From sequence record SRR20825019_2447: 35,710 nt of DNA. The stretch is one strand, 5' to 3'. Below are positions 8,079 to 16,591 of the stretch, one piece after another. The notes beneath the pieces are model-generated. The model had not been told where the DNA came from. It saw nothing but the letters and a program-made list of their open reading frames with translations, and made no database searches. The translations under genes and the position numbers were made by a program. Each line of letters begins with the position of its first letter. Position 1 is the stretch's first letter.

Positions 8079-9440
8079 TCAAATCCCCAAAACGGCTTTC
8101 GGTAGTATGGTTACCAGTGCGGGAAATAACAGCACCGCGGCTATCATTAAAAGCTGGATCGCAACAAGTGGGATGACGCCACGGTAAATCTGCGCCATTC
8201 GAATGCTGTCAGGAGCCGCGCCTTTGAGAAAGAAAAGCGCAAAACCAAAGGGTGGGGTCAGAAAGGAAGTCTGAAGAACCAAGGCAACGAGAGCGCCAAT
8301 CCAGAGCCGGGCCAGTTGTTCTGATCCAACATATGCAGAAAAATCAAGCTGGCTTATTGCCGGGTAAAGAATTGGCAATGAGACTAGAGTGATCTCGATC
8401 CAATCGATGAAAAAGCCTAGCACAAATAAAATAATCAACACGACGGCCAGCACACCAAAATCGCCGATCGATAGATCTTCGAACAAGCCAATCGCTATGT
8501 CGTCTCCTCCATAAAACCGGAACACCAACGAGAAGATTCCAGCTCCTAGGACCACGAAAAACACCATTCCGGTGATCACCATCGTGCGAACCAAGGCTTG
8601 ACGTAGTAGGGCAAGATCAAACCCGCGGTATAAAAAGATCATCGCACCGCCACCGATGGCCCCGACAGCCGCCGACTCTGTCGGCGACACCCACCCCGCG
8701 ACGATAGAGCCAAGCACCAATGCTATGAGTCCGACCGGCAGAACCAGGCTTCGAATAAGATAAATAAGTATTGAGCGTCCATTTTCGGACGGCATGGCTG
8801 CCGCACCGGAACGTGGGCGCAGCACATCAATTACAATAAAATAACAAATGAAGGCCCCCGCCAAGCACAGTATAGGCAAGATTGGCGCTAGAAACATACT
8901 GCCAATCGTCAACTCCATTGCATCCGACAAAAAGAACAACATAATCGCTGGCGGTGCTATCACCCCAAGCGTCCCGGCGGCCGCGATAACGCCGCTGGCG
9001 ACTTCAGGACGATAACGCTGGGCCATCATGGTTGGTAAGGCAGCGGCGGCGATAGTAGCGACTGAAGCCCCAATCACGCCGGCAAGTGGCGCCAGCAGCA
9101 GGCCAATCAAGATCACCGATACGCACATGCTCCCGGGGGCGCGGCCTAAAATACGCTGTAAACACAGGAGCAGTTCTCGCGCAGCGCCACTGACTTCAAG
9201 CGCAACGCCCATAAATAACAGCATCGGTACAGCCGGATAGGTTAGATTCTCACCGATAGACATGTAAATCTTACTCGGAATGAGGAAGAGCGACTGAACC
9301 GGATACTCACCAATAACAACACCGAGCAACCCAAAGCCAACTCCAACCCCAGCAAGAATAGCCCCAACGGGAAAGCCCGACATTAGTAGGAGGGCAAGAA
9401 CTATCAGCATGAGATGGGGGAGGTAATCCACCAAGATCAT
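8079..9440 (-). CDS. dctM: TRAP transporter large permease (DctM), standard length
   Basis: AVPMLLFMG, GTLGVIAPPA, LGFFIDWIEI, QTSFLTPPFGFALFFLKG. Confidence 0.9.
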   Translation of the reverse strand: MILVDYLPHLMLIVLALLLMSGFPVGAILAGVGVGFGLLGVVIGEYPVQSLFLIPSKIYMSIGENLTYPAVPMLLFMGVALEVSGAARELLLCLQRILGRAPGSMCVSVILIGLLLAPLAGVIGASVATIAAAALPTMMAQRYRPEVASGVIAAAGTLGVIAPPAIMLFFLSDAMELTIGSMFLAPILPILCLAGAFICYFIVIDVLRPRSGAAAMPSENGRSILIYLIRSLVLPVGLIALVLGSIVAGWVSPTESAAVGAIGGGAMIFLYRGFDLALLRQALVRTMVITGMVFFVVLGAGIFSLVFRFYGGDDIAIGLFEDLSIGDFGVLAVVLIILFVLGFFIDWIEITLVSLPILYPAISQLDFSAYVGSEQLARLWIGALVALVLQTSFLTPPFGFALFFLKGAAPDSIRMAQIYRGVIPLVAIQLLMIAAVLLFPALVTILPKAVLGI

Positions 9441-9940
9441 AGCTCGCTTCCTCGATCAATCGTCGGAAAGGCAAAACGGTAGATACCCGCCAAGAACAGG
9501 AGCAGAGCGCAGACTGGCAGCGCAGACTTGACTATCCACCGGGCGGACAGCCCCAAAGCTGCGCGAGACCCTTCTCCCTGAACAAAAGAAAGCCAAGTCA
9601 TTTCCGCGCCAAACCAGAATAATATAAGACAAAACGGAAGAAGGAGCACCGTCAACAAGATACGCTCGAGCCTTCTTTTTATACGGGCAGGGAGGCGTTC
9701 ACGCAGAATATCAACTCGGACATGGCGCTCTTGAATATAGGTGTATCCAATGGCGAACATCACGCAACCGAAGAAGAAATGCCAGGCAAGCTCCTGCAAT
9801 AAGGTCGAGCTGAAATGAAAAAGCCGCCGCCCGACGATGTCGTAGCCCGACACAAGAATGAGTGCTGGCAAGAAAATCAATGCTGCAGCGGCCCCACCTA
9901 GCTCGACGAACCGTCTACAAGCAGATAACCAACCCTGCAT
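9437..9940 (-). CDS. dctQ: TRAP transporter small permease (DctQ)
   Basis: LQELAWH...GYTYIQERHVRVDIL motif, four hydrophobic segments, 4-bp overlap with dctM. Start taken at ATG 9940; GTG 9958 is possible. Confidence 0.88.
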   Translation of the reverse strand: MQGWLSACRRFVELGGAAAALIFLPALILVSGYDIVGRRLFHFSSTLLQELAWHFFFGCVMFAIGYTYIQERHVRVDILRERLPARIKRRLERILLTVLLLPFCLILFWFGAEMTWLSFVQGEGSRAALGLSARWIVKSALPVCALLLFLAGIYRFAFPTIDRGSEL

Positions 9941-9978
9941 CGCTTTCTGCCCCCTCACCTAAATCTGCCGCAATGAGA

Positions 9979-10009
9979 AATCTAGTACCTATAGCTACTA
10001 TAGGTTCAA
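9979..10009 (-). promoter_or_regulatory. MerR-type promoter-operator for the second dctQM pair
   Basis: Minus strand TTGAAC-CTATAGTAGCTATAGGTAC-TAGATT, 19-bp spacer; perfect dyad ACCTATAG-N3-CTATAGGT at 9987-10005. Confidence 0.85.
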
Positions 10010-10616
10010 GCGATCATTTTGGGCCGGGCTGGTTACCTATCGACCGTACAGTGCGATGCTTTGTTCGTTGACCACTCAGCCTGCCAACGAGAATCTGATC
10101 CGATGAACGGCATATCTTAAGGTTTGGTGCTCTGAACCTCTTCTTCGCATCAATTGAGGGTAGAGTTTTCCTACTTCATCAGTATGACGGGCTTGATCCC
10201 CTCGCAAAAAGGTCCGCCCAAGCGTCATTACCCTTATAGGACAGAATCGCTTTGATCCGTCCGAGGATGGGTGCGGAGACGGCTTGGGCAAGGCCGGAAG
10301 GGCACGCCTCGCACTGCCGTCGCAACAGACGGCTTCAGGCGGATCGACGCGAATGCCTATCAGATTAACTCCGGAGACCTACTCCGCATCATCGAATCTA
10401 TGAGCATCCGTGGAAATCGACTGAACGGCCATTGAGCTGAATCAGATAAACATTAAGAACCTGGAACCTGAGCAAGCCGACATAACAAATACTGACGGCT
10501 TTGGGTCGCCGCCGGCCGAATAGACCATCAGGCGCTGCAGGGTCAAAATAGGCCTTCCGGCTCAGCAGGGTGGGAAGAAGATTCTGAAATTGAATTCAGA
10601 CCAAACAACTTTTCTA

Positions 10617-12446
10617 TCACCGCTCACGGCCCTGCGATCTACCTTGCTGCTTTGATTTCTTTTTTGAGCTGCGAGCCGGACCTGTTCCTGGCTTGCGTGA
10701 AATATCGCGTTCGATAACATTCTCAACAACCCAACTGTTCCGTTCGACAATTTTCCCGTTTGGGAGACGCACCGGCGTTGTTCCCGTATGCTCAATTCGG
10801 ATTGCCGCACCCGGCTTCGGATTGGCTCTAATCATCGCCTGCTTAAGATCAACGCCCCATATTGTGTGGCGTTTCCCATTATCGCGTTCAACCGTCACGA
10901 AGTAGCTTTGGCTGCTACCCGGTTTGTTCTCAAACGGTGCGCTGCCCTGCTCAATAAAACGAACCTCGGCCTTCGCAATCTCCGCCGACTTACGATCCTG
11001 TTTCCGGGTTCTTGCAATGCCGTTGCCAGCGTTGGCGCGGGTACGTGGCGCGCCTGGCGCTATAGTACCAACGCCCAGAAACAGGTTCATCATCTCCCTG
11101 TTTGCGACCACAATCACAAAGGCCAAGGGGTCAGTGTGGGCTTCTGTCAGGAGGAACGCTTTCCAGTTCCGAGCCGTGAGCCCTCGCACACGTGGCACCA
11201 GTGAACGCTTGCGGGCAATATAGCGGTCCCATAACGCGGTTCCGCCTGATGGCAACGCCAGCAAGGGCCGTTGTCTATATCCTAAATTCTCCCCGCGCTT
11301 AGATCCCCTGTCAGGGCCGACAGGACGTTCGACGGCGTTAGGGCCTAAAAATGGCCCTAACCGTTCTTCCAGCTTCTTCTTGCTGGCATTACGGTCCAAC
11401 GAAGAGGCTTTGATAGTGTTCTGTCCGCCAAGGTCGGCAAAGACCACGCCGGCTCCACGCTTCTTGAGCTGAACACCTGATTCCCTCAGCGCTGTGTGAA
11501 GTTCACGCCAGGTCGCACTTTTCTGCAGGGCCTCGATCAGATTGGCTTTGTTGCCGCGGATCCAATGTTCAAAATTATCTTTGTCCGGAGAAGGGCCATT
11601 CTTTGAGGTTTCTTCGCTTACAGGATCCTCTCCTGTTCCGTTCGGCCCTCCGAACGCTCCAAGACGCTTCTCAAGTCCTCGAAGGCTTGCCGACCTGTCG
11701 AATGACGAGGCTTTCATGGTGTGCCGGCCATCCAGATCAGCGAAGACCAAGCCAGCACCGCGCCGTTTCAACACCACACCAGATTGCTGCAGGCTGGCAT
11801 GCAAAGCCGCCCAGGTGCGGCTCTGCTGCAGAATTTTCTTCAGTGGCTCTTTGTTCTCGATCATCCAACGCTGAAAGCTGACTTCCCACGTCTCACTTTC
11901 ATAATCCAGAGCCGCTGGCGACAGCCCCTCTGGATCCTCGCCTCGATCAGACATCCCCCGATCGATCGCCAGCCCAAATTGCGTCTCCATCGCACGGCTG
12001 GTTTTCTCCAGGACCTTGAAGTCCCGATAGGGCGTGTGAACCCGGCCCGTCACCGGGTGAATTTTATTAAACGCGACGTGCATATGAAAATTGTCAGTGT
12101 TGATATGCGTACCGGCAACATATTGATGGTCGTCGAATCCCAACGCGTCGGCGTAGCTCTGAGCTATTTCTTTCAGGTTATCTGGCGTCAGTGATTCCCG
12201 CTCGCCGTCTCTGAACGACACTATCAAATGATAGGTCCAGTCGCCCTTTCCGCCCTTCAACTGACGGACGGCTTCAATCTCGGCTAATGCCGCTTCAAAA
12301 CTCTCTGGGCTATCTCCGGCAGCGCAATTTGCCATCCAAAGTTGATCGAGTTTCTCGCCTGTTTCCTTTGCTGCAGCGATATATTCACCCAGGCGCGTGA
12401 AGTCTTCGCCTCTATCGCCACTCTTGCTAACTTTTTTGGCGATCAT
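10617..12446 (-). CDS. traI: MOBP-family relaxase (TraI-like) with a duplicated middle domain
   Basis: MIAKKV start (ATG 12446), RLGEYI (candidate catalytic Tyr), YHLIVSFRDGE, THINTDNFHMHVAFNKIHP (HxxTDxxHxH); basic SQGRER tail. Confidence 0.9.
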   Translation of the reverse strand: MIAKKVSKSGDRGEDFTRLGEYIAAAKETGEKLDQLWMANCAAGDSPESFEAALAEIEAVRQLKGGKGDWTYHLIVSFRDGERESLTPDNLKEIAQSYADALGFDDHQYVAGTHINTDNFHMHVAFNKIHPVTGRVHTPYRDFKVLEKTSRAMETQFGLAIDRGMSDRGEDPEGLSPAALDYESETWEVSFQRWMIENKEPLKKILQQSRTWAALHASLQQSGVVLKRRGAGLVFADLDGRHTMKASSFDRSASLRGLEKRLGAFGGPNGTGEDPVSEETSKNGPSPDKDNFEHWIRGNKANLIEALQKSATWRELHTALRESGVQLKKRGAGVVFADLGGQNTIKASSLDRNASKKKLEERLGPFLGPNAVERPVGPDRGSKRGENLGYRQRPLLALPSGGTALWDRYIARKRSLVPRVRGLTARNWKAFLLTEAHTDPLAFVIVVANREMMNLFLGVGTIAPGAPRTRANAGNGIARTRKQDRKSAEIAKAEVRFIEQGSAPFENKPGSSQSYFVTVERDNGKRHTIWGVDLKQAMIRANPKPGAAIRIEHTGTTPVRLPNGKIVERNSWVVENVIERDISRKPGTGPARSSKKKSKQQGRSQGRER

Positions 12447-12810
12447 CGAGGCGCTTCCTGGTGGGCTGCAGCTCACCCCTGATGCTCAAAACAACATCAC
12501 GAATGATCCCCTTCGTCGTCTCAATTTCTGCAGCTATGCGGTCCAGCCGGGCGTCCAAATCGGATTCCTCTTTATCATCCAGAGCCATCTTGAATAAATT
12601 GCCGAGCCGGGCGAGATCGGCGTTGAGCTGAAGCAGATGCTGAATATTCGCCCACCCCGCGCGAGCTTCTGGCGACGGCAGCGGGACGCCCATAATTAAT
12701 CGTCTTATAAGCTCAGATGCAGAGAGTCCGGTCTGTGCCGATAAGACAGACAGCCTTTCGCGCTCGACCTCTGTCAAATAGCTCTTGGCTACGTGGCGAT
12801 CCGAAGCCAT
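12427..12810 (-). CDS. Relaxosome accessory RHH protein (TraJ/MobC-like)
   Basis: RHH-like AKSYLTEVERERL...GLSASELIRRLI and LNADLARLGNLFK motif; overlaps the relaxase start. Confidence 0.8.
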   Translation of the reverse strand: MASDRHVAKSYLTEVERERLSVLSAQTGLSASELIRRLIMGVPLPSPEARAGWANIQHLLQLNADLARLGNLFKMALDDKEESDLDARLDRIAAEIETTKGIIRDVVLSIRGELQPTRKRLDDRQKS

Positions 12811-12813
12811 CTG

Positions 12814-13845
12814 TCACAGCCCAAAATCACGTTCTCGCACCATCGACCTAACGGGGCGGGTTTTAACGCTACCAATCTGCTTTGATACTTCGCATTCAGA
12901 GCGGATGAGCGCCTTTATTGATTCATCGATCCCACGCATGCGGCGCAAATCGTTCCAATCCGTAAGGCCGGCTGCTTTTTCAGCATCGGTAAACGGGGGC
13001 ACCACGTAGAACGCGCTGCCGCCTTCAGAGACAACTGCAGTCACTGCTTTCTCGGCCCCTTTTATGCCCCCATTGAAAACTTTCGCGTTGTGATCATCAT
13101 CGGCGCCAATGATCAAGGTGCGGCCCGGATGCAATTTGTGGATCGCGCTGGCAACGGCGGACAGATTGCCGCTATCAAATCCGACGACTGTTGCTCTTCG
13201 GGATGCTTCATGAAGTGCGGCTGCTGTCGAATACCCTTCTCCGATCATGATGTGCCCGCCATTCTTGATGCTCTGGTTAGGATCAATAATGTGGAACAGG
13301 CCGGCTTTCCTCGACCCCTTCAAATACCCCTTCCGACCGTCAGGATCGATCCATTGAAAACTCCATAGGAATCCATCTTCATCACGTAACGGGACCAACA
13401 AACGATTGTTCTTGTCGATCTTGAGGCCAAAGGAATCAATCTGCTTTGCTAACAGATACGGATGGTTCATCGGCGCCGGCCGGGCGTTTGCAAAGATCCC
13501 GTAAGCCACCCGCGCAACGGCCTTGTGTTGCTCAAGAAGGCTATGATCGTCCGCCTTCTTTGATGCCGCGATTTCTGCCCGCCGTGCCGACAATGCGGGA
13601 GCAGAAAGATTGCCGCCTTTTCCGATCCACGTTACCGGTTCGGCGTGCTTGAAGTTATTGATGATGCCGCGAGGGACTCCATCATCCAGGAAGCCACGAT
13701 AAGATCCGGATGTTGTACCTGGCTTATCGCCTTCGACCGGCGCCCGGTGCCAGGCGGAATCCATTACCGGTCGGGCCTCTAATCTGAATCCATTTTCGTG
13801 AAGAGCAGACGCGAATTCATCGATTGGATCATAAATATCCGACAT
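12814..13845 (-). CDS. Plasmid DNA primase, toprim domain (TraC-like)
   Basis: HPYLLAKQI, LLVPLRD, IGEGYSTA, FDSGNL, IGADDD, LTDWNDL motifs. Confidence 0.85.
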   Translation of the reverse strand: MSDIYDPIDEFASALHENGFRLEARPVMDSAWHRAPVEGDKPGTTSGSYRGFLDDGVPRGIINNFKHAEPVTWIGKGGNLSAPALSARRAEIAASKKADDHSLLEQHKAVARVAYGIFANARPAPMNHPYLLAKQIDSFGLKIDKNNRLLVPLRDEDGFLWSFQWIDPDGRKGYLKGSRKAGLFHIIDPNQSIKNGGHIMIGEGYSTAAALHEASRRATVVGFDSGNLSAVASAIHKLHPGRTLIIGADDDHNAKVFNGGIKGAEKAVTAVVSEGGSAFYVVPPFTDAEKAAGLTDWNDLRRMRGIDESIKALIRSECEVSKQIGSVKTRPVRSMVRERDFGL

Positions 13846-13850
13846 TAGTT

Positions 13851-15635
13851 TTACCCAACTTCATGGACCATCGCGACCGATGGTGCAGGAATGGATGCGC
13901 GCTTGCGCAAGGCTCGATTTTGAAAATAGAGAAGCTGAACGCCACGGATCGGCCGGCTGCCCGCCACAAGCAGAATCGCTTCACCTGGCGACATGCCGCC
14001 GAAGCATTTTTTAAGCCATTCGCCGGGTAAGGACCGAGACAGCCAGTTCTTTCTTATCCGCCCCAAACGCATCGCTTCGTCTGGAGTCAGCAGTGATCGT
14101 CCTGTCTCAGTCTCGCTTTGACTTACTGACCCACGCCCACCAATAGAGCCCGAAGCCGAACGACGCGACTGAATGACAGTTGCTCTACCCGCCATATCCG
14201 ACACGGTTTTCGCTGTCTCATACCGGTTCGGCGCGAACGCAATCTGAACATGACAGTTGCTCGTGATTGCCTCTTGTTGCCCATAGATTCCCTTGAGCAT
14301 CTGCAAATCTTGCACGAACAGAAATGCTTTCACGCCATAGCCGGCGAGATAGGCAAGAGACGTTTCGAACACATCAATTTTCCCGAGGGATGTGAATTCA
14401 TCCATCAGCAAAAGGATCTTTCTTTCGGCAATTCGGCCGTCGAGTGTTTCCGTCAGTCTCCGCAGGATCATCGCAAAGATGATCCGCGTAATGGGCCGAA
14501 GCCGTTCCAGATCCGAGGGCGGTATAACTAGGTAGAATGACGTTTTTTGATCACCGGCCAAATCGCTGATCGCGAAATCCGATGCTTCTGTATTGCGTGC
14601 CAGGATTGGATCGGACAGGAGACTGAGCGACGCCAACGCCGTTGAATGAACGCCGCTTCGCTCTTTCCAGTCCTTCAACCGCATAATCTTCGCTGCAGCC
14701 TCGACTTCGCGGTCGATTACCGGATCACCGTGATCGAACGTCAACATTGCATCGAGCAATGCATCCATCGGATCTTCATTTTCTGATTCACCTTCGTCCG
14801 CACTTTGCGAAAGGAAACCGCGAACATCATTGAGCGACGCAGGGTGCCCCACACACTGATGGTTCCTGAACAAGACATGAAGGATTGCGCCGGTAAGCCA
14901 AGACGCGCCTTCACGCATCCAGTGGTCTTTAAGCCCCTTCCCCTCTGGGTCGATCAGGGTAAGAGCAATGTTCTGCGCGTCCTGGATCTCACGACCGGAG
15001 CCAAGGCGTATTTCGGCCAATGGATTGAATCGCGCAAATGGGGCCAGCGCCGTTGGATCGAACCGAATTATCCGCTGACCTATCTGGGCTCTATAGCCAG
15101 CAGTGAGTTGATAGTTTTCACCCTTAATGTCTAGAATGATCGCCGTGTCAGGCCATGAAAGAAGCGCTGGAATAATTAATGAGACCCCCTTCCCTGATCG
15201 TGTCGGGGCGAAGCACAAGACATGCTCCGGGCCATCATGTCGCAAGGGTTTTGCCCTGCGAAACCGCCTCTTCCATCCCCCAACTTGTATCCCGCGCTTA
15301 GCAAAAAGGCCGGCCTTGCGCAGATCGGAAACACGCGCCCAGGACGCCGTCCCATGAAGGGCTTTCGCCGCGAACTCACCGCTTTTTGTTTTTGATCCAG
15401 CCTGGGGCAACAAGATCGACCCGAGAGCCATAATCAATGCGCCGACGATACCGGCATACAGAACGGAGTTATCCATTCCGGCTGGCAGCCCACCACTTTT
15501 CTTTAGGTTGGAAAGCAGCCATTCCCACCAACGCTTGTCAGCGGGATCAAAGCCGACCAGTAACCACCATTGATACAAAATGCTGGCAACGACGGCGCTA
15601 AAGATGAGCACGAGAAAGACGCGATGACGAACCAT
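13851..15635 (-). CDS. virD4: Type IV coupling protein VirD4/TraG
   Basis: Two N-terminal TM segments, LHGTASWA, APTRSGKG Walker A, LDIKGEN, LLMDEFTSLG Walker B, LLTPDE. Confidence 0.95.
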   Translation of the reverse strand: MVRHRVFLVLIFSAVVASILYQWWLLVGFDPADKRWWEWLLSNLKKSGGLPAGMDNSVLYAGIVGALIMALGSILLPQAGSKTKSGEFAAKALHGTASWARVSDLRKAGLFAKRGIQVGGWKRRFRRAKPLRHDGPEHVLCFAPTRSGKGVSLIIPALLSWPDTAIILDIKGENYQLTAGYRAQIGQRIIRFDPTALAPFARFNPLAEIRLGSGREIQDAQNIALTLIDPEGKGLKDHWMREGASWLTGAILHVLFRNHQCVGHPASLNDVRGFLSQSADEGESENEDPMDALLDAMLTFDHGDPVIDREVEAAAKIMRLKDWKERSGVHSTALASLSLLSDPILARNTEASDFAISDLAGDQKTSFYLVIPPSDLERLRPITRIIFAMILRRLTETLDGRIAERKILLLMDEFTSLGKIDVFETSLAYLAGYGVKAFLFVQDLQMLKGIYGQQEAITSNCHVQIAFAPNRYETAKTVSDMAGRATVIQSRRSASGSIGGRGSVSQSETETGRSLLTPDEAMRLGRIRKNWLSRSLPGEWLKKCFGGMSPGEAILLVAGSRPIRGVQLLYFQNRALRKRASIPAPSVAMVHEVG

Positions 15636-15637
15636 TG

Positions 15638-16585
15638 TTAGCGTCCACCATCAACAGTTTGACCGTCCTTGATCACGTACCGGTCATTCCGCGCCTCATA
15701 TATGTCTGAGACCCTTCTAAACCCATCCGAAGAGCGCTTGATCTGAATGATCACATCAACAAGTTCTTGAAGGAATTCCGGTATGCGTGGCATCGAGGCA
15801 CCTGACCAGGCCACGTTCTGATCGAATTTTCGGTGGATAACCTGCTGGGGGCTTTCGGCGTGAATCGTACACATAAAGCCAGTAACGCCGGAGTTTAACG
15901 CTGCCAGCGCAGCAAAGGCGTTTTGGGTGCTTATCTCCCCCAACACGATATGATCCGGCGTAATACGCATCGTGTGGTCATACAGTTCACGCCACCCCAC
16001 CATCCCGGCGCCTTTTTGCTCCTCACGGGACGCCAGAAGCCCGATACCATCGAAGAACCGCCCTAGGTGGAGTTCGGGGGTATCTTCCATGGCGACGACG
16101 CGCCGATCTGGTGGAAGCGTTGCCAACAACATATTCAATAGGGTCGTCTTTCCAGTGTTGGTCGCTCCAGAGACGATAATGTTTGCCTCTTTCGAGACGG
16201 CCGTCTCGATGTAGGCCTGTGTCTCTTCCGAAACGCCCCACTGGTCCCATTGCGGCTCAAATGGATGTTTGCAGCGCACAGCTAAACTGACACCGCTCTG
16301 GGTTGAGTTTCCAACAAGACACTCGAAGCGATGACCGCCCGATAAAACACAGGAGAGCTTCACGTTCTCCTCGCCATCAAAAACAAGACCGTTCTTGTTG
16401 GCTAGAGACCGGGCAATTGATTCAATTGCACCGCGCGAAAGCTCATCGTCTTCGAATTCCTCCTTGCCGACTCCTCGACGTTCCACAACGACGTGGTGTG
16501 GTCGCGAAATGCGAAGTTCGACTGTTTTAGGATCCGCGTAATACCGGGAAAGCGGCGCTAGAATTCGCTCACTGAGACGATCCAT
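15638..16585 (-). CDS. virB11: VirB11-family traffic ATPase
   Basis: SGATNTGKTT, MEDTPEL, RITPDHIVLGEI, TIHAES. Confidence 0.92.
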   Translation of the reverse strand: MDRLSERILAPLSRYYADPKTVELRISRPHHVVVERRGVGKEEFEDDELSRGAIESIARSLANKNGLVFDGEENVKLSCVLSGGHRFECLVGNSTQSGVSLAVRCKHPFEPQWDQWGVSEETQAYIETAVSKEANIIVSGATNTGKTTLLNMLLATLPPDRRVVAMEDTPELHLGRFFDGIGLLASREEQKGAGMVGWRELYDHTMRITPDHIVLGEISTQNAFAALAALNSGVTGFMCTIHAESPQQVIHRKFDQNVAWSGASMPRIPEFLQELVDVIIQIKRSSDGFRRVSDIYEARNDRYVIKDGQTVDGGR

Positions 16586-16591
16586 GATCGC

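Noticed and set aside
10222-10243. CGTCATTACCCTTATAGGACAG as a resolvase res subsite
   Set aside because: Single half-site-like match, no companion subsites and no resolvase in the window.
1-10616. Transposon or IS boundaries around the metal cargo
   Set aside because: No transposase, integrase or terminal inverted repeats were seen.
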